DNA of 64,000 nt from NCBI GenBank assembly GCA_965203515.1, contig OZ241907.1, positions 768,001-832,000 of the forward strand. The letters run 5' to 3'. Shown here in pieces: positions 1 through 9,959 of the stretch (the stretch's first letter is position 1; every line of letters starts with the position of its first letter). This DNA comes from Spirochaetia bacterium. Its GTDB lineage: Bacteria > Spirochaetota > Spirochaetia > SZUA-6 > Bin103. A program made the position numbers and the translations under genes. A model generated the notes under the pieces. That model was given only the letters and a program-made list of their open reading frames with translations. It was not told the origin of the DNA and did no database searches.

Positions 1-801
1 CGCAGCGGCTGGCTCGTCCCGGAACGCGGCCGCGCCGGCCGCGGCGGCGGCGAAGCCGGCGGCGCCCGACACGTGCTCGGTGCCGGCGCGCCGTCCGCCC
101 TCCTGTTCGCCGCCCGCCTGCATGAATCGCACCGGCGCGCCGGCGCGGAGCCAGAGCGCTCCGACGCCGCGCGGACCGCCGACCTTGTGGGCGCTGAACG
201 AAGCGGCGTGGACGTGCGGACCGAGCGGCAGCGCGACCTTGCCGAGCGCCTGCACGGCGTCGGTATGGAACAGCATCCGGGTACCGAAGCGCTGCGCGGC
301 GGCGGCGACCGCCGCGGCTGCCGCGGCTACCGGCTGGATGATGCCGGTCTCGTTGTTGACCGTCTGTATCGAGACCAGGTAGGTGCGCTCATCGAGCAGC
401 GCGCTGAGGCGCTCGACGTCGACTGCGCCGTCGCCGCCGACCGACGCGCGGCGGACGCGGAAGCCGATCCGCGCCAGGAGCGTCGCCGGGCCGTCGATGG
501 AATCGTGCTCGACCGCGCCGATCACCAGTGTGTCGCGCCGCGGCAACCCGCGTTCGGGATGGAGCAGGGTCAGCACGGACTGCAGCATCAGGTTGTTGGA
601 CTCCGTGGCGCCGGAGGTCAGGACGATCTCCGCCGGGTCGACGCCGAGCGCGCCGGCAAGGCGCTCCCGCGCCGAAGCCAGCGCGGCCGCCGCCTGCCGC
701 CCGCGCGGGTGTGGTGACGACGGGTTGGCGTGCCAGTCGGCGGCGGCGCGCAGCGCTTCCGGCAGCGGCGGCGCGGTCGCCGCCCAGTCGAGGTAGATCA
801 C
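1..801 (-). CDS. Cysteine desulfurase family (IscS/NifS-like PLP enzyme), runs off the window start
   Basis: Manual minus-strand translation from GTG 801: MIYLDWAATAP...LTSGATESNN...VEHDS...VNNETG...HTDAVQALGK...SAHKVGGPRGVG...GGEQEGGRRAGT. Confidence 0.9.
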   Translation of the reverse strand, partial: MIYLDWAATAPPLPEALRAAADWHANPSSPHPRGRQAAAALASARERLAGALGVDPAEIVLTSGATESNNLMLQSVLTLLHPERGLPRRDTLVIGAVEHDSIDGPATLLARIGFRVRRASVGGDGAVDVERLSALLDERTYLVSIQTVNNETGIIQPVAAAAAAVAAAAQRFGTRMLFHTDAVQALGKVALPLGPHVHAASFSAHKVGGPRGVGALWLRAGAPVRFMQAGGEQEGGRRAGTEHVSGAAGFAAAAAGAAAFRDEPAAA

Positions 802-892
802 CCCGGTATGGTAGCCGACCGTCGCCGGTCCGCGCGCGCCGCCGCGGAGGCGGATTGATCGCCGGCGAACGGTGTAGTACGTTCGCCATGGA

Positions 893-1345
893 ATGTTGTT
901 CTTCGGCTGGGGACCCTTCGGCTTTCTCACGCTGTTGGTGCCGGTCTTGCTGGCATTCGCCTTCCTGCGCCTCGGCACGGCGCTCTTTCGCCGCATCCAG
1001 GACGAATCGGACGAAGATCGGCACCGTCTGCACGGGCGCGGCGGCGTCCATCGCTACGCCGTGGACGACGGCGCGGCGACCGAACGGCGCGCGCCGTTCG
1101 GCATGCAGAATCCGTTTGGCCGGCGCTCGCTCGACAGCCGCGTGTTCCGGCTGGCGTATCGCCACGGCGGGCGGGTCACGGTCTCGCAGGTAGTGATGGA
1201 GACCGGCATGTCGCTGGAGCAGACCGAGGCGTACCTGGATCAGCTCTGCGACGGCGTGCGGGTCCGCATGGAGGTCTCCGACGGCGGGCTGGTCACCTAC
1301 GAGTTCCCGGAGCTGACCGACCCCGGAAGCGCCGGCCCGGTCTGA
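893..1345 (+). CDS. Hypothetical membrane-anchored protein with C-terminal winged-helix-like segment
   Basis: N-terminal hydrophobic helix; C-terminal GGRVTVSQVVMETGMSLEQTEAYL...GLVTYEFPEL. Confidence 0.6.
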   Translation: MLFFGWGPFGFLTLLVPVLLAFAFLRLGTALFRRIQDESDEDRHRLHGRGGVHRYAVDDGAATERRAPFGMQNPFGRRSLDSRVFRLAYRHGGRVTVSQVVMETGMSLEQTEAYLDQLCDGVRVRMEVSDGGLVTYEFPELTDPGSAGPV

Positions 1346-1468
1346 AGCAGCGCCGGCTGAAGACGCCGGCCTCTTGCCGGAACTGCCGATCGGCGGCCCG
1401 GAAGGCGAGGGCGCCAGGACTTGCGCGATGGACTTCTTATTACAAGCGGAGGCCGATGGACTGATCCA

Positions 1469-3280
1469 TCAGGAGCACACTGGGACTGTTGGCATCTCCG
1501 CGCCGCGCACCTCTGCGCCGTGCAGCTCTGCACCGTGCACCAGCTCCCAGCCGCGGAACACCAGCGCCAGCCCCTTGAACGCCGCCTCCGGGTGCCGGCG
1601 CGCCAACCGCCGGTCCGCCAGATAGCGGCGCAGTTGCGACTCCGCGGCGGCGGCCTGCGCCGCTACCTGCGCCTGCGCCGCGCTGCGGGGCAGGTACTTC
1701 AGCTCGATCACGTAGCCGTAGCGCCGGCCCGGATAGGGCAATGCGCGCGGTTCCAGCACCAGGTCGGCGTAGCCCTTGGCCAACTCCATCTCCGTATGCA
1801 GCACGAAGTAGGGGGAGATGCTCAGGTAGGCGGCCACGAACCCCTGCACCATCTTCTCGCCCTGCAGGTAGTCGCGCACGCCGGTCTGCTCGGCCATCGC
1901 CGCGCTCAGCCGTTCCAGCGCCGGCCGCCACTCGCCCTGCAGCGCCATGCGCCGCGTCAGCCGGTCGAACGTCACCAGGTCGAGCGAGAACACGCCCACG
2001 TCCCGGTAGGCGTCGCGCAGGTAGCCGTACATCAGCCGCCGCACCGTCTGGTTCGGGATGCCGAGCCGCGGCGTTTCGACCGTGGCGCCGCGGATGCTCA
2101 ACAGGCCGAAGTAGTGCAGCAGCGACAGGAAGTTCTCCCGCTCGGCGAGGCGCGCCAGCGGGAAGCTGTCTACGATCTCGCAGTCGGCGCGCCCTTCGGC
2201 GATCACCTCGCGCAGCAGGTCGAAGTTGCCGTTGAACTGGCGGCCGACGGTGAGCAGGTGGCGCAGCTTGCCGTAGTCGATGCGCACGTTGGCGTCGATC
2301 AGGTTGTCGGGGCCGGGCTTGTTGGGCAGTGAGTACGACAGGTAGTAGAGCACCATGTCGGTGTTGTAGACGACGTTGGGTGCGGTCTTGGCGAAGCGGT
2401 AGCCGTCGTACCACTCGCGCATCGTGTCGAGGGCGGCGTCGGGGTCCTGGTCGAAGACGCCGAGGTCGCGATAGGTCGAGAGCATGTCCCGCACTTCCGC
2501 TTCGGTAAAGCCGAGCAGTTCGTTGAATTCGGGGCGCAGGCTGAGGTTGGCGCCGATGTTGAAGCCGCTGGTGACGTCGTCCATGACGATCGGGGAGACG
2601 CCGGTGACGAACAGCCGCGCAACGCTGCCGTTCTCGGTGCCGGCCTTGAGCGTGGCGAAGAAGTTGCGGTAGAAGCCGCCGCCGTGGGTGAAGGCGTGGT
2701 AGGCGTCCGCCCCCTGATGCGCCAGGATGGTGTTGGCGAAGTTGTCGTACTCGTCGATCAGCACGTAGAGCGGTATCTGCTCGCGCCCGGAGTGCAGGAA
2801 CAGCGCGTTGAGCTTGTCGTTGATGGTCGCCTGCGAGCAGATTCGGTGGATCACCGGTTCCGGGAACGACTCCGGGCAGGCTTCCAGCGTGTAGAGGAGC
2901 TGAAGGTGGCAGTAATTCTCGAAGTTCCGCTCCAGCGTCTCCGGAGCGTCGTTGAAGGCGGAGAAGTTGAACCGCAGCACGACGTAGCGGCTGCGGTTGG
3001 GAGTGGGAGCGCGGCCGATGTCGGTGCCGGCGAACACCGCCTCGAAGTCGCCGGCCTCGGTGCGGGAGTAGTAGCTCTCCAGCAGCGACAACCAACAGGT
3101 CTTGCCGAAGCGCCGCGGGCGGATGAAGAACACGAACCGCTCCTGTTCCAGGGCGCGCAGGAAGCGGGTCTTGTCCACGTACAGGCAACCCTCCCGGCGG
3201 ATGCCCTTGAAGTAGGCAAAGCCGTAGGGGATCGCCGGAAATGGCGTCGTCGCGCGGAGCGGCGATTCGGACGCGGACAT
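1469..3280 (-). CDS. AAA-ATPase-like domain protein with C-terminal PD-(D/E)XK nuclease domain
   Basis: YVDKT, RPRRFGKT (Walker A), LIDEYD (Walker B), WYDGY, C-terminal GYADLVL...VIELK. Confidence 0.9.
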   Translation of the reverse strand: MSASESPLRATTPFPAIPYGFAYFKGIRREGCLYVDKTRFLRALEQERFVFFIRPRRFGKTCWLSLLESYYSRTEAGDFEAVFAGTDIGRAPTPNRSRYVVLRFNFSAFNDAPETLERNFENYCHLQLLYTLEACPESFPEPVIHRICSQATINDKLNALFLHSGREQIPLYVLIDEYDNFANTILAHQGADAYHAFTHGGGFYRNFFATLKAGTENGSVARLFVTGVSPIVMDDVTSGFNIGANLSLRPEFNELLGFTEAEVRDMLSTYRDLGVFDQDPDAALDTMREWYDGYRFAKTAPNVVYNTDMVLYYLSYSLPNKPGPDNLIDANVRIDYGKLRHLLTVGRQFNGNFDLLREVIAEGRADCEIVDSFPLARLAERENFLSLLHYFGLLSIRGATVETPRLGIPNQTVRRLMYGYLRDAYRDVGVFSLDLVTFDRLTRRMALQGEWRPALERLSAAMAEQTGVRDYLQGEKMVQGFVAAYLSISPYFVLHTEMELAKGYADLVLEPRALPYPGRRYGYVIELKYLPRSAAQAQVAAQAAAAESQLRRYLADRRLARRHPEAAFKGLALVFRGWELVHGAELHGAEVRGAEMPTVPVCS

Positions 3281-3477
3281 ACCGGCATCCTACCAGACCG
3301 CCGGGCGCCGTGCCGGCGGTCTTCGTCTTGCGCCGCTCACCTGCGATCGGTGCCTAGTACTTGGACGAACACAAAGTACGACTGTGGCCGCCGCCGGCCG
3401 TTTCGCAGCTTGGACGCATCGCCGTCGAGCCGGGGGAGGGTGTGGACCGGGCCGAGCGGTTCGGGCATGATGCGGTC

Positions 3478-4338
3478 ATGTTGATCGACGCACACAACCA
3501 CCCGAACTGGCACGGCCACGACGCGGACCGGATCCTTGCGAACATGGAGGAGCACGGCATCGACCAGATGTGGCTGTTCACCTGGGAGGTGCCGGCCACC
3601 GACTACAACCCGTCCAATCACGCCGTGCTGCCGCCCGGCGGCACCGGCATCCCGCTTCAGGACGTGCTGAGCGTCGGCCGGGCGGCTCCCGACCGCTTCG
3701 TGCTCGGCTACATGCCGGACGTGAAACGGCCCGACGCCATCGACCGGCTCAAGGCGGCGGTGGAGGTCCACGGCATCCGCGTTGCGTCGGAGCTCAAGCA
3801 GCGCGTGCTGTTCGACGACCCCGACGCCCTGGCCATCTACCGCTTCTGCGGCGAGCGGAAGCTGCCGATCACCATCCACCTCGATTACCCGATCGCCGCC
3901 GGATACCGCTACCCGCGTCCCAACTGGTGGTACGGCGGCTCTCTCGACAGCTTCGAGCGCGCCGTCGCCGCGTGTCCCGAAACCGTCTTCATCGGCCACG
4001 CGCCGGGGTTCTGGGCCCACATCTCCGGTGACGACCGCGCCTTGACCGAGTCGTACCCCAAGGGACCGGTCCAGCCGGGCGGGCGGGTGCCGCAGCTGCT
4101 CGATACCTATCCCAACCTCTATGCGGACCTCTCCGCCGGCTCCGGCTTCACGGCGATCTCGCGCGATCCGGCGTTCGGCAAGGAGTTCCTGATCCGCTAC
4201 CAGGACCGGCTGCTGTTTGCCCGCGACTACTTCGACGGCCGCCTGATGGCGTTCCTCAAGAGTCTGGACCTGGAGCCTGCGGTGTTCGACAAGATCGCCT
4301 TCCGCAATGCCCAGCGACTGTTGGGGGACGCGGAATAG
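3478..4338 (+). CDS. Amidohydrolase family protein (Amidohydro_2-like)
   Basis: MLIDAHNH metal motif, ITIHL, FIGHA, NLYADLS, RLLFARDY; ATG 3478 chosen within ORF 3361..4338. Confidence 0.85.
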   Translation: MLIDAHNHPNWHGHDADRILANMEEHGIDQMWLFTWEVPATDYNPSNHAVLPPGGTGIPLQDVLSVGRAAPDRFVLGYMPDVKRPDAIDRLKAAVEVHGIRVASELKQRVLFDDPDALAIYRFCGERKLPITIHLDYPIAAGYRYPRPNWWYGGSLDSFERAVAACPETVFIGHAPGFWAHISGDDRALTESYPKGPVQPGGRVPQLLDTYPNLYADLSAGSGFTAISRDPAFGKEFLIRYQDRLLFARDYFDGRLMAFLKSLDLEPAVFDKIAFRNAQRLLGDAE

Positions 4339-4348
4339 GCCGACCGCC

Positions 4349-5281
4349 GTGCAGTACCGCCGTTTCGGCGGGCATGAGCTTTCGGCCCTGATGCCGGGCA
4401 CCGTGCAGTTCGGCCTGGATTACGGGGTGGCCAACGTCACCGGCAAGCCGGATCAGGCGACGGTCAACCGCATGCTCGCCACCGCGTTCGAGGCGGGCGT
4501 GAACGCGCTCGACACCGCCTCCATGTACAACCAGGCCGAGGCGGTGCTGGGCCGCGCCCTGGCCGATCTGGGCGTGCGCGATCGAATCTTCATCGTCAGC
4601 AAGGCGCGCCCGCGCGAGGGGGTGGCTGGAACGCCGGAGGAGCAGATCACCGCCGCGGTCGAGCGGTCGCTACGCGTACTCGGGGTCGAGCGGATCGGGC
4701 TGTACCTGCTGCACGGCTATCAGGCGCTGCCGTACGTGGGGGCGCTGCATCGCAAGCGCGAGGCGGGCGACATCGGCGCGGTCGGCGTGTCGGTCTATTC
4801 GGTCGAGGAGGCGCTCGGCGCGATCGCTGCGCCCGGCGTCGATGCCGTCCAGCATCCGCTCAGCATGCTCGACCAGCGGTTCCTGCGCGCCGGGGTTCCG
4901 GAACGGGCGGCGGAGGCGGGGGTCGCGATCTTCGCCCGCAGCGTCTTTCTGCAGGGCGTGGTGACGATGGCGATACCGGACCTGCCCGAACCGATCGTCG
5001 AAGTCGGAAAGACGCTCGCGCGGCTGCGGGAGCTGGCCGGCGAGCTGACGATCGAGGAGATGGCGGTCCGCTACGCCGCATCGCTGGCCGGCGTCACCGG
5101 CGTGGTGGTCGGCATGGAGACGCACGAGCAGATGGAGCGCAACCTGGCCGCGATCGAGGCCGGTCCCCTGGACGGCGCGCTGCTGGCGGCGATCGGCCGC
5201 GAGGTGCCCGATCTTCCGGAGGAGATCCTCAATCCGGGACTCTGGCGGTGGATGCGGGCCTACGACTGGGGTACGAACTGA
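4349..5281 (+). CDS. Aldo/keto reductase
   Basis: GTVQFGLDYG, LDTASMY, IVSK, LYLLH, GVSVY, ARSVFLQG; GTG 4349. Confidence 0.9.
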   Translation: MQYRRFGGHELSALMPGTVQFGLDYGVANVTGKPDQATVNRMLATAFEAGVNALDTASMYNQAEAVLGRALADLGVRDRIFIVSKARPREGVAGTPEEQITAAVERSLRVLGVERIGLYLLHGYQALPYVGALHRKREAGDIGAVGVSVYSVEEALGAIAAPGVDAVQHPLSMLDQRFLRAGVPERAAEAGVAIFARSVFLQGVVTMAIPDLPEPIVEVGKTLARLRELAGELTIEEMAVRYAASLAGVTGVVVGMETHEQMERNLAAIEAGPLDGALLAAIGREVPDLPEEILNPGLWRWMRAYDWGTN

Positions 5282-5296
5282 GCGGCTGCCGACCCC

Positions 5297-6658
5297 TCAC
5301 TCGCCTTCGGCTGCCGCCCGCACCACAGGATCGCGCAGCGCGTCGGATACGGCGTCGGCCAGGGCGTCCGCCATCTCCGGTGTGGTCGAGGTGGAGAGCG
5401 CGCACATCTGCAGGGTATGGCCGAGGAAGAAGCCGCGTTCCAGCAGCCCCAGGAACAGCGGCTGCGTCCAGCGGCGGTCGGCGCCGAGCGACGAGCGGTA
5501 GTCCCGCGGCGGCTCCGGCAGGAAGTGGATGGCGAACGCGGAGCCGGTGTTGAGCGCCGTCGCCGGCGCCGGGCAGCCGGTCAGCGCCTGCCGCAGGCCG
5601 CTCGCCAGCCGGTCGCCCAGCTCGTTCAGGTGCGCGAATGCGGCCGGCGTGAGCTCGCGCAGCATCGCCAGGCCGGCGGCAACGGTCACCGGGTGGCTCG
5701 AAAAGGTGCCGCTCTGGCCGACGCCCGCTCCGGCGGCGCCCGCTCCGGCGACCGGGTCGTAGCGGTCCATGATGTCGGCCCGCCCGCCGAAGGCGCCGAC
5801 CGGGAAGCCGCCGCCGACGATCTTGCCGAACGTGGTGAGGTCGGGCGCGATGCCGTAGACCGACTGCGCGCCGCCGCGGGCCAGTCGGAAGGAGACGATC
5901 TCGTCGAAGATCATCGGCACGTCGTGCCGGGCGGTGCTCTCCCGCACGCCGCGGATGAAGTCCGCCGGCAGGTCGAGCACGCCGGCGCGCGGCTCCAGCA
6001 GGACGCATGCCAGGTCGGCGGCATGCTCGCCGATCAGCCGATCGGCCGCCTCCAGGTCGCCGAGCGGCAGCACCAGCGTGTCGGCCACCGCGCCGGCCGA
6101 CATGCCGAGCGCCTGCGGATGGGGCCGCGGCCGCTCGGCCGGGCCGGCCGCTTCCGCAGGCGGCGACACGCTGATCTCCACGGCGTCGTGGCTGCCGTGG
6201 TAGCAGCCCTCGAACTTGGCGATCCGGTTCCGGCCCGTGAACCCGCGCGCCAGCCGAATCGCGTGCAGGGTCGCCTCGGTCCCGGAGTTGCAGAAGCGCA
6301 CCCGTTCCAGGCTGGCCACGCGGCTGCGCAACTCCTCGCACAACTCCTTCTCATGGCCCATCGGCGCGCCGACCGCGATGCCGCGCCGCAACTGCGCCCG
6401 CACCGCGGCCAGCACGGCCGGATGGTTGTGGCCCAGGATCTGCCCGGTGTGGTGGTTGGCGAAGTCGGCGTACCGGTTGCCGTCCGCGTCGAACAGGTAC
6501 GCGCCGTCGCCGCGCTCCATGGTCAGCGGGTAGGGGCGGTAGAAGTAGGCGCCCTTGGCGACGCCGCCGGGGGTCGACTCCGCAAGGGCGGCGAAGCGCT
6601 CCCGGGAGCGGGGATGGGCGGCGAAGTAGCGCGCCTCGAGCTCGTTTGCCGGTTTCAT
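5297..6658 (-). CDS. Class III aminotransferase, glutamate-1-semialdehyde aminomutase-like
   Basis: RFCNSGTEAT, KFEGCYHG, FDEIVSFR, PDLTTFGKIVGGGFPVGAFGG, SGTF. Confidence 0.9.
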   Translation of the reverse strand: MKPANELEARYFAAHPRSRERFAALAESTPGGVAKGAYFYRPYPLTMERGDGAYLFDADGNRYADFANHHTGQILGHNHPAVLAAVRAQLRRGIAVGAPMGHEKELCEELRSRVASLERVRFCNSGTEATLHAIRLARGFTGRNRIAKFEGCYHGSHDAVEISVSPPAEAAGPAERPRPHPQALGMSAGAVADTLVLPLGDLEAADRLIGEHAADLACVLLEPRAGVLDLPADFIRGVRESTARHDVPMIFDEIVSFRLARGGAQSVYGIAPDLTTFGKIVGGGFPVGAFGGRADIMDRYDPVAGAGAAGAGVGQSGTFSSHPVTVAAGLAMLRELTPAAFAHLNELGDRLASGLRQALTGCPAPATALNTGSAFAIHFLPEPPRDYRSSLGADRRWTQPLFLGLLERGFFLGHTLQMCALSTSTTPEMADALADAVSDALRDPVVRAAAEGE

Positions 6659-6707
6659 GGGTGAGCGCGACCGACTATAGCAGCGCTGCCGGCCGGCGGG
6701 CAGGTGG

Positions 6708-8210
6708 TCACCTCGACTTCCCTATGTTCTTGCGTGATACGCCGCCTTTGCGTCGCAGGTCGAGGCCGAACAGATAGAGATCCGGCACGTCGATCCGGTC
6801 GTCGGAACGCTTGCGGAAGATGCCGAGCTCGACCAGGTAGTCGACCAGGCGGTCAGGTCGTTCCGCCGGGGGGCGGATACCGGCGTTCACGCCCGACGTC
6901 CAGGTCCCGTTCCAATCCTGCTCCAACAGGGTCACGATTTCCGTACGGGACCACGGGACGAGCCGCTGTTCGCGGAGACGCTCCCGCACCCCTTCGAGCC
7001 ACGGCCACTCGCTGCTGATCGCTTCCGTCACGTGATCCTTGGACACGTCGTCCAGAGCCTGCCGCAAGGCGGTCGGATGCAGGAGCTTCGGGGGAGCGAG
7101 CGTTCGGTTGGGAGCCTCTTTCAGAGCTGCCTGCTCGAACAGCCGTACCAGCGTCCGGGGCGATATCTGCACGTTCCCGTCTCGAAGATGATCGAGCACC
7201 CAGTTGCGTACGTAGCCCTTCTTTCGCCCGGCGCCCATGTACTCTCCGGCAAGACGCTCCAGAAGCGAGTATGCGTTCTCGGGCTTGTCGATCTTGGGCA
7301 GCAGTCCAAGCGTCTCGTCCTGATCGAACGCGATTCGCGCCCCGCGACAGTAATCGGCAAGCGCCTCCGAGGTGTTCGCGATGCGTTTCACCAGCATGCC
7401 GAGCATGGCCGTATCCGACCAGCCGAGCTCCGATCGATTGGCGGCGAGCTTGGCGAAGTCAGCGGTGCCCATGCCCGCATGACGGCGAAACAGATCCGAT
7501 CGCAAGAAGATCTTGGCCCGGATTCTCTGCCATCGCCGGCTGTAGTCCGACCAGAAGGCGACGAGTCCGCGAACCAGGCGGGCCATCAGTTCCCAATCGA
7601 AACCGCCCAGCGTGTCGAGCTCGTCGTATCCGACGAAGATCCATCGGTCCTCGTTCCTCAGGCGTTGGTCCAATGCGTCGAGCGCTGCCGTGGGATTCGC
7701 CGGCAGCTTCCGCTCCGCTTCGAGAACCGCGGCAAGGTCCGCGGCCATCGGCGCCGTCAAAGGGCTGAGACTCTGCTTGAGTCGATCGTCGAATTCGTCC
7801 TCGAGGCTTCGTACGAGCATGACGTACCAGAGGGTCTTCGCTCGTTCGTCCGACCGGACGTGCTGCGCCAGCGCCCGACTGTCCGGAAAATCGATGCCGG
7901 CCGGGTACGCCGGCTTCCAGGTCGTGGACGAGGGCCGAATCCGATGATGTTCCACGCTCGGAGCCCGATGCATCATTGCGTCGGCGACCTCTGCATGCTC
8001 GAAGAACAAGCGGAACAATTCGCTCTTGCCGGAGCCGCGCGGACCGACGACCAGCACCACGTTCGGGTCGAGCGCCCGCAGATGCTCGGGGATGGGATAC
8101 AGGCGGCGCGCGAACAGATGCGGTGTTTCAGCTTCCGCCTGGCCGTAGCCCAGGTCGCTGAGTCGGGTACGCAATGCGGCGCAAGCCTGCTTGGTGAGTC
8201 TCCGGCTCAT
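6708..8210 (-). CDS. P-loop ATPase (Sll1717-like) with C-terminal winged-helix-like region
   Basis: Start MSRRLTK at 8210 (ATGA overlap with upstream stop); GPRGSGKS, IFVGYDELD, KIFLRSDL, LVELGIF...VPDLY. Confidence 0.8.
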   Translation of the reverse strand: MSRRLTKQACAALRTRLSDLGYGQAEAETPHLFARRLYPIPEHLRALDPNVVLVVGPRGSGKSELFRLFFEHAEVADAMMHRAPSVEHHRIRPSSTTWKPAYPAGIDFPDSRALAQHVRSDERAKTLWYVMLVRSLEDEFDDRLKQSLSPLTAPMAADLAAVLEAERKLPANPTAALDALDQRLRNEDRWIFVGYDELDTLGGFDWELMARLVRGLVAFWSDYSRRWQRIRAKIFLRSDLFRRHAGMGTADFAKLAANRSELGWSDTAMLGMLVKRIANTSEALADYCRGARIAFDQDETLGLLPKIDKPENAYSLLERLAGEYMGAGRKKGYVRNWVLDHLRDGNVQISPRTLVRLFEQAALKEAPNRTLAPPKLLHPTALRQALDDVSKDHVTEAISSEWPWLEGVRERLREQRLVPWSRTEIVTLLEQDWNGTWTSGVNAGIRPPAERPDRLVDYLVELGIFRKRSDDRIDVPDLYLFGLDLRRKGGVSRKNIGKSR

Positions 8211-9526
8211 CGTCGTGATTCCCTCATACGTTGCCGGACGGTGCGGACCCGCTCCGCGAGCTGCTTGTAGGGTTCGCCTTCGAGGAGGACGTCTCTCACT
8301 TCGCTCAGATCGCGGAACAGCGCGAGGCGCTCGTCGTAGGAGAGGACGACCGGAACGTGGGGGGCGTCGGTGCTCTCCACGTCGTCCATGGTCCAGAACT
8401 CGTCCCCCTGCTCCGGCTCCGAGTAGTAGTGGGCGCTGAACGCATCGCGGGCGCGGTCGGTAAACGTCGAGATCGACGCCTGATACTGGCGCTCCTGGGA
8501 TCGCGGCACCATCGCTGCCATCAATACGCATTCGGCCTGGGGTTCCTGCGCACGCACCCGATCTGCTCCGAGCCGATCCAGAATCACCTCCAGGCCGCGC
8601 CAGCTCGCGTCGGCCAACGTTCCTGCCAATACGTGGATGTGGCACAGGCCGCCCATCACGAAGCCGGATACGTTGCCGAGTCCGGCGCGGGCGTCGACGA
8701 GTATCCAGTGCGGGCGGAGGTCCTTGCGGACTTCTTGCAGGAGTTGGACGAACGGATGCGTCTGACCGAGCGGCGGAACGCCGTAGTCCAGCCGCGCCAG
8801 CTTCCCGACGTACCGCCGATCGGTGGAGCCGGCCGGAAGCACCGCGATCTCCCCCGGCCCGGAAAACAGCGAGGTCGGACACCGATGGCAGTAGTCGGCG
8901 AGGTCGAGGTCGCCGCCGCCGGCGATGATCGGCCACTCGAGCAGATAGTCGGCGATGCCCCACGGCGCGGTTGCACCATCGTGCCCCGCCAACAGAAAGC
9001 CGACGCCGGGGGCATCGAGATCGCAATCGAGCACGGCGACGCGCTCACCGGCCGCAGCCAGGTGCAGAGCCGTGGCCGCCAGCGCCGTCGATCTACCGAC
9101 TCCGCCTTTGAATGAATAGAACGATACGATCGCCGGATGGTCTTGCCGAATCCTCCACGGAGGTTCGGCAGGCGCCTGGAACCAGCCCTCCTTGGTGCGC
9201 TGCCGTTCCATGGTCCGCAGCGCGGCCGTATCGGGAACGGCATCGGCCCGTTGCCACGCATCGTCCTGCCACGGACCATCCGGAGCTTCCGTCTTTCCGC
9301 AGCCCTTGAGTACGTCGCCGGACCAGTATGCCGACGCCGCGTCCCGAAGGCGCCGGTCGATCTCCGTACTGGCCGCATCCCAGTCCTTTGCCGGGCACCA
9401 CAGGATGACTCGGAGTCGATAGAACAGATCGTAGATCAACAGAATGCGCCACGCACCTTTCTTGTCCTTAAGATAATTGCCCAGGAAATCCCGTGCTTGG
9501 CCGTGCGCCTGGTCGGCATGAATCAT
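8207..9526 (-). CDS. ParA/MinD-like ATPase with variant KGGVGR Walker A and extra N-terminal domain
   Basis: Start MIHADQ at 9526; SFYSFKGGVGRST, LDCDLDAPG, ILVDARAG. Confidence 0.85.
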   Translation of the reverse strand: MIHADQAHGQARDFLGNYLKDKKGAWRILLIYDLFYRLRVILWCPAKDWDAASTEIDRRLRDAASAYWSGDVLKGCGKTEAPDGPWQDDAWQRADAVPDTAALRTMERQRTKEGWFQAPAEPPWRIRQDHPAIVSFYSFKGGVGRSTALAATALHLAAAGERVAVLDCDLDAPGVGFLLAGHDGATAPWGIADYLLEWPIIAGGGDLDLADYCHRCPTSLFSGPGEIAVLPAGSTDRRYVGKLARLDYGVPPLGQTHPFVQLLQEVRKDLRPHWILVDARAGLGNVSGFVMGGLCHIHVLAGTLADASWRGLEVILDRLGADRVRAQEPQAECVLMAAMVPRSQERQYQASISTFTDRARDAFSAHYYSEPEQGDEFWTMDDVESTDAPHVPVVLSYDERLALFRDLSEVRDVLLEGEPYKQLAERVRTVRQRMRESRR

Positions 9527-9951
9527 CAGATCGTTCCGTCGATTCTCAGGCCGCCGATGATTGTCGAATAGATCGCGGCAGCTTCCTGCAGCCGCGTTCG
9601 GGCGGTAGCGGCAGTGACATGTTCGGCCTGGTAGCGCATTTCCGGCTTCCACGTGAGGATATCCGAACCGCTCAGAGTCGCTGTAGCGGATACGTATATT
9701 CGCTGCGTTCGGGGGCCTGCTTGAGCGGCGACGATATCTAATGTGCTGTTGAGTGCCTGCAGGTCATGCGAGCGACGAATCAACCCTGTTTCCACCTGCA
9801 TGAGCGCCTTCAACGCGCATTCTACCACGTATCCGGCCAGATACGCAGCGCCGTCATGGCGATCACCGGCCATGAGGACCGAAGCGTCCGTAAGGTGCTT
9901 GCCGGCGGCCTCCGGATAGTCGTCGCCATTGCTCTGCTGCAACCGGCTCAT
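9526..9951 (-). CDS. HEPN-domain-like protein (141 aa)
   Basis: KHLTDA...AAYLAGYVVECALKA...RRSHDL...W-x3-MRY pattern typical of HEPN helical bundles; TGATG overlap with next gene. Confidence 0.7.
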   Translation of the reverse strand: MSRLQQSNGDDYPEAAGKHLTDASVLMAGDRHDGAAYLAGYVVECALKALMQVETGLIRRSHDLQALNSTLDIVAAQAGPRTQRIYVSATATLSGSDILTWKPEMRYQAEHVTAATARTRLQEAAAIYSTIIGGLRIDGTI

Positions 9952-9959
9952 GTGCGCGT

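Noticed and set aside
73..1193. Long overlapping ORFs such as 73..717, 389..1165 and 528..1193
   Set aside because: Arg/Ala/Pro-rich shadow frames of the cysteine desulfurase and the 893..1345 gene; typical of high-GC DNA. The same applies to most alternative ORFs in the track.
8207..9526. Plasmid or chromosome partition locus
   Set aside because: No parB, parS-like repeats or rep gene nearby; variant Walker A and coupling to HEPN and P-loop genes point elsewhere.
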